64,000 nucleotides of DNA. It comes from Mytilus californianus. Taxonomy: Eukaryota. Under the pieces are notes generated by a model, which was not told where the DNA came from, did no database searches, and was given only the letters and a program-made list of their open reading frames with translations. Of this stretch, positions 51,110 to 62,982 are shown piece after piece; position 1 is the stretch's first letter; each line of letters opens with the position of its first letter. The stretch is taken from contig NW_026262637.1 in the NCBI RefSeq assembly GCF_021869535.1, positions 15,748,001 through 15,812,000 on the forward strand. Reading direction: 5' to 3'. A program made the position numbers and the translations under genes.

Positions 51110-52082
51110 AAATTCTCTGAAACTGACATTATCAAGATGTTTGATTCGTTATATATTTGTTACGTTTGAAAAACATGTTTTTCAAAAAACAGTCGGCATT
51201 CCCATGGAAAACAAAATGTGCTCCTCTTCTTGCCGACTTGGTACTTTATTCATATGAGGCTGACTTCATACAGGAGCTTCTTAGGAAAGAAGCTAACATT
51301 ATCCTTTGACTTCATTTTGCGCTATTCAGATGATGTCCTCTAACTAAATAATTCAAAGGTCTGTGACTATGTTGAACGCAACTATCCTGACGATCTTGAA
51401 ATAAAGGATCCAACAGATACAATTAAGTCAGCTTCATATCTTGACTTACATCTAGGAATTGACAATGACGGTCAGTTGACACAAAACTTAACGACAAGGG
51501 AGATGATTTCAGATTCCCAATAGTGAACTTTCCATTTCTATGTAGCAACATTCAAGCAGTGCCTTCATATTTAATAATATCTCTCAGGGCTTGCGTTTCC
51601 TATCATGATTTCCTTGATAGAGGGTTGCACCTCACAAGAAAGCTATTAAACAAAGAGTTCCAAGTAGTGAAGTTGAAGTCATCCTTTCGAACATTTTACG
51701 GACGCCATCACGAGTTGGTTGACTGTTATAGGATATCTGTTTCACAGATAACGATGGATATGTTTCAATCGTCGTAACCACAATCCTGCCCTCATTTTCT
51801 CCGAATGTGACCTACCGAATTAGGATATCATCGGGTCTGTAATTGAGCAACAATACGGGTAAAACATTTGGAGCAGGATCTGCTTACCCTTCCAGGGCAC
51901 CTGAGATCAGCCCCGGTTTTTGGTGGAGTTCGTGTTGTTCAGTCTTTAGTTTTCTATGTTGTGTTATGTATGCTGTTGTTTGTCTTTTGGTCTTTTTCTT
52001 TTTATTTTGCCCAGTCATTGTCAGTTTATTTTCGACTTATGAGTTTGAATGTCCCTTTGGTATCTTGCGTCTCTCTTTTACA
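51110..52082 (+). mobile_element. 5'-truncated Penelope-like retroelement (Naiad-type, C-terminal RT), pseudogenised
   Basis: Frameshifted translation gives ETDIIKM, VFQKTVGIPM, CAPLLADL.LYSYEADFIQEL, RYSDDVL (YxDD), SASYLDLHL, DKGDDFRFPIVNFPFLCSNI and RKLLNKEFQVVKLKSSFRTFYGRHHELV. No GIY-YIG follows the RT, consistent with the N-terminal-EN Naiad architecture. Confidence 0.8.
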
Positions 52083-54127
52083 TTTTTGTTCCGTAGCAGA
52101 AACAGTTGCGGCAGTATTTGAATGCATTTTGGATCATTCTTTATATATATCGCTGTCTATATCTATTATTATCTTTATTTTTGAACCGGCCATACTACTT
52201 TGTGATACCCCTGCTATTTTTATACTAAGTGAAGTTATACATTGTTTATTCGGTCTGTAAAATACTGTCCTCTCCACTTAATACCTGTATACTGCTAATA
52301 AAAACGATAAAGACATTTTCAATTTGATATTGGGGGACGAAGTCTTCATCACAATAGAAAATCTCCCAGTATCTACATAGCATCAGTAACATCAATATCA
52401 AATATATTGATACGGATCCAAAAATGCACAACGTTTTATTCTGCCAATACTTCCGCGTATTCGCAATGTTTTCGAGAGAAGGCTATTCAGGATTTTATCG
52501 TAAAATTTTTATATTTTATTTATAACAAAATAAGATGACAACAAATCAATAAAAATGAATTCAATGGCATTCTGATTTTAGGAGGAAGATCCATAATCCA
52601 AAATTGTTCTGTCAGTATTTTCAAGATGTGAGCATTTTGCGATTTAAGAGACAAGAAACAAAATTGCTGTGTCGTGGAAATCGCACGTACATGGGATTAA
52701 TACAGCACAGTTATACACGTTATTGCTATATATTTATCGGAAATTATTGTATAACAGGAAAGCGATTATTGTACGACGTCAATAAGTCAATTATTTCAAC
52801 ATATGGGGTCAAGTGTCGAAGAATCTTAATTAGTGACAAGGTATACATGGTATATGCAATCCCATCATAAAAACAGGAAAATGTGTCTGTTTCCGCCAAC
52901 TTCCTGTATAAAATATTAATTCAAGATAGACAAGTACACAAGTACTTTAAATCGAAAATAAGAAGAACGTGCTCCGTTGGTAAGTCGAGTAATGTATTTT
53001 TAAGGTTGATGATATTTATAAGGAGCAAAAATCGTTGGGTATTTCGTTTATGTTTATAACTGATTATCTTTAAATAGATGACGTGTAATGTCATTGGTCC
53101 TACGAAATGTAGTTTAGTTGTGTTAGTTATTAGATTCAGAATCATTTGATTAGTTTGAACTTGAACATTTTAGAAATAGTTGCTTATAAAAGTCATGGAC
53201 TCTTTCTTGAGCACCTCATATCCCCTCGGTTTTTGGTGTTTTTGGTATCTTTCACTTATTTTTCACAGGTATAAAAGTATAACAAAAATACCGAACTCCA
53301 AGGTAAATTCAAAAAGGGAGAAGTCTATAAAAACTGACAAAATCAAACGGAAAGAGTGGAAAACAACTGACTTGGTGCAGACATTTGAAGAAGAAAATGG
53401 TGGGTTAAATCTGGTTTTATAGCTTGCTAAACCTTATATGTATAATATGCCTGATATCAACGGGATTTGCAAAATTACTTCTTTCCAAATATTTTGTGTC
53501 AATATTAATTGTTCTAATTTAAAATTTGATATTCTTGAATAATGTCCTCTACAAGATCAAGTTTTTATGGAAAATGACACAGTAGTAGGGCCTTGTGGGA
53601 AGTCGGTATCAAGAGTTTTGCCAAAAGAGTAATACATAACATATACGCAAGAAAATCGACAACATCATAATCAAAGGACAAACGACGATCAGACCAACAG
53701 TCCAATAAAAACCATACTTCCACCGTATTTTGAGTAACCGAAATCATCCGTCGTGAATAAATAGAAGTTATTAACGACCACCAATACCCTATTTTTCAAA
53801 AGTCTAAACATCAATATGATGTAACAAAGGCAAGAACAAACAGATTTCTGACTTGGGGCAGGCGCATGTTCATGTGGCAGGGTTAAAGTAGCCTTTGATT
53901 TTTGAGAGATTATAAACCCTTCCATTTCAATCTTAACCATGTTTGAATTGGAACAACAAAGTCAACAGAATGGATGTAGGAAAAACATCAGTACAAAAAC
54001 AGTCTAACACCACCGTCGCAATAAATAAAAAAGTAAAACATATATTCATTATTACTACTGTATTAAATTAAAGCAATATAAAGCATGTAAAATATTTCTT
54101 AAGTCTGACAATAGATTATTTACTTAC

Positions 54128-54346
54128 GGAACCATTTCCGTGAATACACACAGCTGAAAGAATTGCGAGTATCACAGATAACACAATGATCGTTGCTACT
54201 GATCTTAGAAACCAGCTGTTAAGTCTAGAATTATGTTTATTACACGAAGGTGGTATGAGACACTGTATGCACCATGAAATATTATCTTTTCTTCCTTCAT
54301 CATGGACTTTTTTTGATATTTTTCCATCACTGGTATCTAAATCCAT
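54128..54346 (-). CDS. Possible first coding exon of a type II membrane protein (orphan)
   Basis: MDLDTSDGKISKKV...RSVATIIVLSVILAILSAVCIHGNGS followed by a gtaagt donor, with an acceptor-like attgctag 27 nt upstream. No downstream exons were identified. Confidence 0.35.
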
Positions 54347-54865
54347 ACTTGTTAATGTTCAATCAATCTTTCTAGCAATTTATCAATGAAAATTTACAAA
54401 ATATTTAATTTAGTTTAGAAAGAATCTTAAAATAAATCAACAAAGTTTTGAAACCTATTAATAGATTGGAAATTTGTAAGATATATATACTGGATTCAAA
54501 ACGAAAGTAGCAAATAAACAATTGAAAAACCATAAAAATAATTGAAAAACAAGAACACATGCTATACATCTTTGTGATATTTATAACATTAACAGAGGTA
54601 TTCTGTAAAACACAGCTTTAGGCCTCTTTTGAACATTTGAAGTTCCCTACTATATGTATTGGTTACCTAAACTACACAAAAACGGTAAAAATATCGTTCC
54701 ATCTCGGCCTCTAGTAGTGTTCTACAACTAATTTTTCCGTGCTGTTAACTAGTTCCTTAACTACTATCAAAGAACTTATCATTAACTGTTGCAATAAAAA
54801 ATATGAAAATAGTGGAAATTATAACTATTTTTGGAGTGTAAAAAATTATTTGGATGTTTTATAGA

Positions 54866-55206
54866 TGCATACGTGCTTTTGATGGTCCTTTTGATTCTGC
54901 TGACAGTTTGAACTTTTTAACTCTTTGCACTTCACTTCCACAAAATCTTATCAAACAAAATTTTTCCAATATAATTAGATGGTCGTTTGAAAAATTTAAC
55001 TGCAAATATATATGCTGCAACTCATTTAAAGACTTTTCTCTAATGAGAAAGGTAAATATGATAGATATACTTACTGGAGGTATGATGAGATGATTGAAGC
55101 GGTTCATTTTCTCCTTAATAGCATTTATGTACGTTTCGACAATAAAGTGTATCGACAGGTTGTAGGTATGACCAATTGCGCCCCTTTAATAGCAAACTTG
55201 TTATGA
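54866..55206 (+). mobile_element. Internal RT fragment of a second Penelope-like (Naiad-type) family
   Basis: SLNFLTLCTSLPQNLIKQNF (decayed FDFSTLYTxLP motif), YICCNSF, then after a frameshift EAVHFLLNSIYVRFDNKVYRQVVG-MTNCAPLIANL (motif B'). Confidence 0.75.
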
Positions 55207-56616
55207 TTAGTCAGAGGCTGGACGTCTGGAATGTGGTAAATGTGTTAACGGTATCTCATTGGTTATAAATAACATTAAATGGCTGCATCTCAGCTGCTTC
55301 CGGGCTGCTTCTGGGGGAAGTGAAGGATATCTTAACGTCTGATTGGCAATTATTGAGTTGTATGCATTATATGTCAACGCGTCCGTAAGTGGGGTCGGAT
55401 AAAAATCATGATAGTAGGTCATCGGTAGAAACTATAATGAAGTGTTCAATTGCTATCATAATTTAAGCCAAATTTAGTTCACGAAGCCCTGTCAGTTTGA
55501 GCAAATAATATCATTCTGTGATGATGAAATTTATGTTATCTTGACATTTTGTTGCAATTTTGGTACAAAGGTGTGTATTTATGGATTATTAATGTTCTTT
55601 CAAAAACAAAACAATAATACATCTAATCTTCACTTTATAGTGCGTATTGAAACATGTTTTGCTATATTTCTTCATAAACTATAATTTTAAATAGTAAATA
55701 CACAAAACGTGTGCTCTATGATTAAAAATGTTATCCTCATATTTTTCATTGCTTGAAGATATTGATTAAAAAATATTCAAAAACGGAATTTACCGTATTG
55801 ATACGAAGATGTCCTTTCGTTTCCCGCGCAATCACCGCTTTGTGGTAAAGTTCAATATCGAGGTGCTTCAATCACGGAGGAACATTTACGTGACAGTGCG
55901 CAACACCAGAAATTTACCTCACTTCGATGACACAGTTCAACCCAACAAGACGTACTACCTGATCTTGGTATCTCGAAGACAACGAAGTCTACCTATACAC
56001 AGATTGTTAAAGGTTTGTAGCCATGAGTGTTAACGCCCGTAACTGAGACAGCTTCATTGGTGTCAGTTGTGAACGCTGTCGTGGCTATAAATGGAAATTT
56101 TTCTGTGTTTATTTTGACGCGGACATTTTCATATTTGGCGGGATTCAGAAAATTATATTTTCGTGATTTCGCTCGTGGGTCTGTAATAAACTATTGCATA
56201 CACACTCACATTGATTCCCCTGAAGTAACATAAATTTTCTGTTCAATATTTACGTGCTTAAATATTACAGGGAGCAGAACATTTGTAAAAAACAAAAACA
56301 ATATTGAAATAAAGTGTTCATTTCAATTTTGTTCAGTCACACTTAAATATTTACAAGTTAATATTTGTTCTTATAGCATACACTAAGTTTAACTGACAGT
56401 ACATTAGTATTAATCAATTTTCCGGTTGGTCTGGATTGAATTATACTCATGTATACAAAAATACATTTTTGTTAACTGCATTGGTACTTTTTCATTTTCC
56501 GGTTGAGCTGGATTGGAAATTACAAGTGCATTTAACAGAACATTGATAATAATAAAAAAAAAAACCAAACACTTAAGAGCCAATTTTGTATTTATTGATT
56601 TCACAGGTGTAAATAT

Positions 56617-57019
56617 AGATTATTACATTGATACCAGTGGATTATCGGATTTATCCAATCGAGATAGTTAAATTATCAATTTTAAAGTCTGAGCCTTGGC
56701 GAGGACTTTAAAATTTATAATTTAACTATCGAGATTGGATAAATCCGATAATTTACGAGTAACTATGTAAGAATCTGTTTCTCTAATGATTAAAAAATAC
56801 ATTTTCATTTTTTGTTAAACAAAAACCCCCTTCGAGTGCCTTCCACATTTCACAAAGTTGTCAATTTCATTAACACCTGTTAGCATATTTTGAGCTGATA
56901 AAGGTTATGACCCTTAAATTCATCCAATCATCTTCTGAGATCACCGGCAACCACACGTTGATTAAATTTTTTTATACAATGAGTGCAGAAAGGTATAAAT
57001 TGTCAAAGAATTAGAGAAT
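56617..57019. mobile_element. Palindromic non-autonomous element (same family as 4700-5365), truncated at the retrotransposon junction
   Basis: Palindrome ~56617-56779 around ctgagccttggcgagg, with shared downstream blocks; homology to the first copy stops abruptly at gaattagagaa. Confidence 0.65.
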
Positions 57020-57216
57020 ATTTTATACCGGGAGATCTGGTCAATATTTACATTTGTCTTATATTATTGTTGCACAGGTGTAATATTTTATACCGGGAGA
57101 TCTAGTCAGTATTACATTTGTCGGTCTAGATTATTGTTACACACCGTAAATAATTTACATCCATATATCGCGTGTAAACTAAGCCATATATTGACATAAT
57201 ACAATATAAAGCAATC

Positions 57217-59113
57217 ATGTCGAAAGTGGTGAATATAAACACGGAAGTAAAGAAGAACTGATTACAATTAAAGATATTGGGGAGGCAAGAGCTAAACTTA
57301 TTATTGCTGCAAGGAAAGATAAGGGAAAATTAACATTTGAGGATTTGAAATTAATTCAAGGTCTTCCAAATACTATGTGGGACCCTCTCGTAGCAGCAGG
57401 TCGAATTATTTTTGAAAACAGAGAAGAAGTTGATGACAGTGCGGATAAGAAAAAACAAATCGAGAAGTTGAAAACAGAACTTGTCAATCAAAAACAAGAT
57501 GCTGAACAGGAGATAAAAAAAATTCAGAACAATTTTGACACACGGTTTTCAATTGCAACTCAAGAAAAGGCAACCATACAACATGAATTAAAACATCAGA
57601 TAAAAGATTTGCAAAATGCATTGGAAGGGGAAATGGTGGAAAAGAATGAGTATGCTAAATTGATAGAAGAAATAAAACAAAAGTATGTAATGGAGTCATC
57701 AGCTCTGCAGGAGTTCAATCAACAGGAAAAGGAAAAATTGCTGATCAAGGTTGATCAAGACAAACTGGAAAAACTTGAAAAACAAAAAGAACAAATGGAT
57801 TTGTTAGAAATAGAAAGACGGGAAATGAAAGATATGATGGAATCCATAGAAAAGACGTTTGAAAGTGAGAAAACTGTATTTATGGAAAAGACAAATCAGT
57901 TGATAACTAAATTAAATGAAGAGCGGGCAATACAGGCACTCACCATAGAACGCGAAAAATTTGCAAGAAAGAAATGTGACCGTCTTGAAGAAGAAATAAA
58001 ACATTTACAAATGTCCAAAAGAGTTACAGAAACAATAGTACAGCATGAAAAAAATCCTAAAACCAATATACAAGCTACAGAAGCTTTAAAAGTAACTGAC
58101 ACGTCAAACACTGTCCAAATACCTGAGGAGAACAAACAACCTAACAGTAGTGGTCCATCACCACAAAGGCTTCCGTGCTATGATGGGAAGACAGAATGGA
58201 AACCCTACTACATGCAATTTATTCATTTTTCCAATCGGTACAGGTAGGATATTAAGCAAAGATTAGACAGACTTATAGAATGTTTGCGTGATAAAGCACT
58301 GAAGTTCTAAAGTACTCGTCCGCCATCAGTCCAAAATGATTTTGTACTACTTTCAGAAAAGATGAATCAACGTTTCGGAAATAAAGACCTACCCTATACC
58401 ATCAGAAGGCAATTACAGGAAGTAAGACAAAATATTGATGAAACAGTAGAGGAGTTTGCAGAAAGGGTCCAGGAAATGGCTACTGATGGGTACGGACCAA
58501 ATACACCTGAAAAAGTCGTTGAAACCATAAGCGTAGATGCATTTTTAAAGGGCTGTAGCGACAAGAAAGCTACTCTTTTCGCTATGGAGAAGAATCCAGT
58601 TACACTAGATACTGCTCTACAGTGTGATAAGAGTTCAATACACAATCAAAGAATTGTGCTCGGCAAGAGACAAAGGTTGTCAAAAGAGTTCATTTTGACT
58701 CTGATACTGATTCTGAAACAGAATCTTCAGAATTTGCTGTTCGAGCATTAAAAAGGTATGATAGGAGATCTTCAACATCATACGACAGGAGACAGACTCC
58801 ATCTTCTGATTGGCAGTCCTCAGTTGAGTCGCGTCTTAAGAAGACCGAACAGGACATTGGTGACATTAAAGATGATGTTTCGAAAATTCTGATGGCTGTT
58901 TCCAGACAATCTATTAGTAGTCCGAATCGAAGGTCCATATCAACAGGAAGAAGTCCAGATAGGTCTTATGACGTGTGTTTTCGTTGTCATGAAAAAGGGC
59001 ATTATGCAAGGAATTGCCCTAATACCACAGCCGTTGCCAGAATTCCAAGATCATCATCACCAAAACCAATTGAAAGAGATCAACATTTAAACACCCAAGG
59101 ACTGAAGAAATAG
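57217..59113 (+). pseudogene. gag: gag: N-terminal HhH, long coiled coil, capsid-like region, CCHC knuckle
   Basis: ATG at 57217, frameshifts near 57242 and 58667, in-frame stops at 58245-58247 and 58308-58310. Joins ORFs 57345, 58362 and 58892. Confidence 0.85.
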
Positions 59114-59128
59114 ACCGGTCTTTAGTCC
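59086..59128 (+). promoter_or_regulatory. -1 programmed ribosomal frameshift signal at the gag-pol junction
   Basis: Slippery heptamer T TTA AAC (59086-59092) in gag phase, a 6-nt spacer, and a 10-bp stem ggactgaaga/tctttagtcc (59099-59128). The -1 frame is open into the protease ORF. Confidence 0.85.
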
Positions 59129-62100
59129 ATAATCCACATACAGGTCGTCCACCAACAACTGAAATTGAACAAATTGTGAGTGTAACCGGCGATGCTTGTA
59201 CTCATAATCTTGTTTCAAACATCAATAAGCAAGGACCATTCAACTCAAACTTGGATGTGACTCGTTCCACAACAATTACCGGTTGCTCTGGTACTTGTGA
59301 GACGAGCCACTACAAGAAAGAGGATGTCCCTACAGTCATTAGTCAATTTAAAGTGAAAGAAGTTTCAATGTATGGAGATGATACCAAATATAAACCCATT
59401 AATTTAGTACTTCAAATAACTATAAATGGTAAACAGGCTGATGCAATTGTTGACACTGCAGCACAGGTAACGGTTATCAATTTTGATTTTGCTAAATCCT
59501 TGAATCCTGCAATTGAAGTTAAAGAAACAGTTATATTGAAAGGAGCAGGGAAAGACAACAGCATCAGTGCAAAATATATAGATAGAGTAGCCATCAAGGT
59601 TGGCAAAACTGAAACAAGATGGAGGGTCATAGTTGCCGATATAACAGATCCGGTCATTTTAGGACTAGATGTTTTACAACACATAAAAGCTGTTATAAAT
59701 TTAGTTGATTTGACCCTAACAGTTGATGGCGAAAAACTTCCAGCTACAGTTTTCAATGCAAAAAACGACAAGATAAAGATATGTAGGGTGAAGTTAGGGA
59801 AAGATGTAATAGTTCCACCCCAATCACAAGTTCATCTACAGGCTAAATTGAGTGGAGATTGTGAAAATGATATTATTGTCCAACCTACAACAAACTTGAA
59901 GGGGTTGCTTATGCCAAATATATTGAGTACAGCTGAACATCAGGTACCAGTGTCTTTGAGAAATGTCACTGATAAATATATTACTTTAAAGAAGAACTGT
60001 AATATTGGAACGGCAGTGGAGGTAGCAGAAGTCATTGAAGAAGCTGAAGATTGTCCAACACTCACAGTTAGAAAACTTGAACAATTTGATTCAGGAAAAG
60101 ATATATTAAGCTGTATTCCAGAACATTTGCAGGACATGTTTATGAAATCAAAGAAAAATCTATCGTTCGATCAATCCAGAGAATTTGCCAAACTGTTAGT
60201 GCATTTCCAAGATATTTTTGCAAAAAATGAACTTGATATTGGACACTTTACCAAAATAAAACATCGCATTGATACTGGGAATGCAGCTCCGTGTTAAAGA
60301 ACGTTTGCGGCGTACTCCTTTAGGATTCGAAAAAGAAGAGGAGGCTCACTTGCATGATTTATTGAATAAAAAGATTATTCAGCCGTCTTCTTCTGCGTGG
60401 GCAGCTGCACCAGTGCTTATTCGTAAGAAATGTGGAGCCCTGAGGTACTGCATTGATTTCAGAAAATTAAGATCTTTGACCAGAAAAGATGCATTTCCTC
60501 TCCCTCGTATTGAGTCTTGTTTGGACACCCTTAAAGGAACACAGTTTATGTCCTGTATGGATATGGCATCAGGCTATTATCAAGCCGAAATTCATGAGTC
60601 TGACAGACATAAAACAGCCTTCCTTACCAAGTATGGTCTTTTTGAATACATCAGATTAAGTTTTGGTCTCTGTAATAGTCCAGCATTTTTTCAGAGGATG
60701 ATACAGCTGATTTTGACTGGTTTAACTTGGAAAGAATGTCTCGCATATCTAGATGATGTTATTGTATTAGGTAAAGATTTTAGTAACCATCTTGAAAACC
60801 TGTATAAAGTTTTGCAACGTTTTAAAGACAATAACTTGAAGCTTAAACCAAGCAAATGTTCATTCTTTCAGACAGAAGTCCTGTTTTTAGGAAAATTTGT
60901 TAACAGAGACGGTATATCTATTAACCCAGAGAGTCGAAATACCATTCTGAAATCGCCTGATGTATATTGTGATTATTGTTGTAGAGCACAGAGAAGTTGG
61001 GGACAGTTTGAAACTGATATTGATGACGTCATTCCACTTGCTGTGAGGAAAGTAGTAGAGACTGGTGTCAACAATGCTCAAACAGACCACTGCAACTGGA
61101 TGGAAGGCAGATCACCCAGAGACATTATTGCAGAACAGGAGAAGGATTCAGACTTATGCAGGATTATACAGTGGTTAAAGAAAGATCAAGTACCCAGTGA
61201 AATAGCTTTACAGCTATGCAGTCCAGCTGCAAAACATTGGTGGAGCTGTAATTCGCAGCTGAAATTTAAGGATGGAGTTCTTGTCTATGAGTGGCTGGAC
61301 ATCGTGCCACCAAAATTACTTGTCATGGTTCCTAAATCGATGAAACAAGAAGTCTTGATAAATTGTCACAATACAAAAATAGCTGGACATTTTGGACAAC
61401 AGAAAACTTACAACAGACTTAAGTCAAGATTGATGTGGCATGGTATGAGGCAAGAGGCATTAATTCATGTTAGAACTTGCGAAGTATGTAACATCAATAA
61501 GAAGCCAAATAGAAAAGCAAAGGGAGCTCTTGGACAATTCCAGGCTGTTTCCCCCATGGAATGAATTCATATAGACATTTTAGGTCCACTTAAAGAAAAT
61601 GCAAAAGGAAACAAATGTATACTTGTTGTAATAGACCAGTTCACCAAATGGGTCGAATTTTATGCTTTACCTAATCAAAATGCACAAACTGTTGCTACAA
61701 CATTAACTGATAATTTTATATCAAGATTTGGATGTCCGTCCATAATACACTCAGATCAGGGGAAAAATTTAGATGGAAATCTATTTCGTGAACTCTGTAG
61801 TCTTCTTGAAATTCCATAAACAAGAACCACGTCATATCGTTCTTGCTGCAACGGTCAGGTGGAAAGATATAACAGAACTATCATTCAATGTATTCGTTGT
61901 TTTTTAAAAGGAAAGCAAGGAAACTGGGATCAGAATTTACAGCTGTTAGCAGGAGCCATTAGATCAACTGAAAACAGAAATACAGAGTATTCCCCTAATA
62001 TGCTAATGTTTGGACGAGAAGTGCAGCAGCCTGTGGATTTGCTAATGGGGACCTCACACGCTAGGGGTAACAATAAGCAACCGTCTGAATATATTAAAGA

Positions 62101-62886
62101 TCTAAAGCAGGTAATGGAAGAAGTTTACTCAATTGTCAGGGAGAATATCCAGTCTGCACAATTCAGACGGAAAAGAGATTACGATACCAAGCTTTTTCAA
62201 AGAACCTATGACGTTGGAGATGCTGTTTATAGAATAGATTCTGCTACTAAAGTAGGGGAGAGAAAAAACTGAGGTTACCTTGGCAGGGGCCATATCTAGT
62301 CATCAAAGTCATTTCTCCGGTTTTGTACAGAATCCAAAAGCGCAAGAAAGCTCTCGTTGTGCACCATGATAAATGGAAACCCTGTGAGGACAGAGTTTTA
62401 CCAAAATGGCTTAAATATGCGAGACAAAGGCTTTCACTAGGCGTTCCTCAAGAGGATGAGGATTTTGATATTATGATACAAGATCCAGATATTGGCCATG
62501 ATCTCTCGGTGTTTTTCCCAAATGAAAATCCTGACAATGATCTGACCATAATATGCTCCGGTAGTTCTGGAAATTATGATCAGATCACTAATGGAATTTC
62601 TGTTCAAGATGTTGATGTGAATAATCAGGTTATAGATACCCCAGGAAGTATTCATAGCCCTGTTGTTGATGCTGAAGCTATTAGTTCATGCCCCTTTTGT
62701 GTAACCGGCAGTGCTGGTAAAAAGGAGTGTGAACATCATTATAGGGTGGTATCAGATTTAAACGACTCATTTAGGGACAGTGATTTTCTCTATGGAGTGC
62801 AGGATTCAGAAGAAAACGAGTATGTCGTTCGTTCGAGGAATCGTCCGAAATATCTGGATGATTATGTTACGACGTATGTTGACTAA
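59086..62886 (+). pseudogene. pol: pol: aspartic protease, reverse transcriptase, integrase; RNase H absent
   Basis: PR DTA motif; RT KDAFPLPRI, MDMASGYYQ, FGLCNSPAFFQ, LAYLDD; IN HNTKIAGH..CEVC, IHIDILGP, HSDQG, VERYNRT, PWQGPY. Frameshifts near 60291 and 62265; stops at 61562-61564 and 61817-61819. Confidence 0.92.
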
Positions 62887-62982
62887 TTGAACAGTTTGTG
62901 TGTAAATATTTTATGTTGTGTTGTAGCTGTGTAAATATATTATTTTATGTTGTAATTGTGTATTTGCAGCTTTATAAGTAGA

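Noticed and set aside
51110-52082. Selenocysteine-encoding Naiad
   Set aside because: The fragment has frameshifts and a TAA stop, no pattern of in-frame TGA at Cys positions, and no SECIS that I could identify.
52082-52461. Coding potential of the duplicated flank (ORFs 47980-48297, 51868-52260, 52246-52431)
   Set aside because: The frames are low-complexity and hydrophobic, the other copy has stops in the minus-strand frame, and no motif was recognised.
57896-62655. Several minus-strand ORFs inside gag/pol
   Set aside because: Antisense shadows of coding sequence with no independent protein features.
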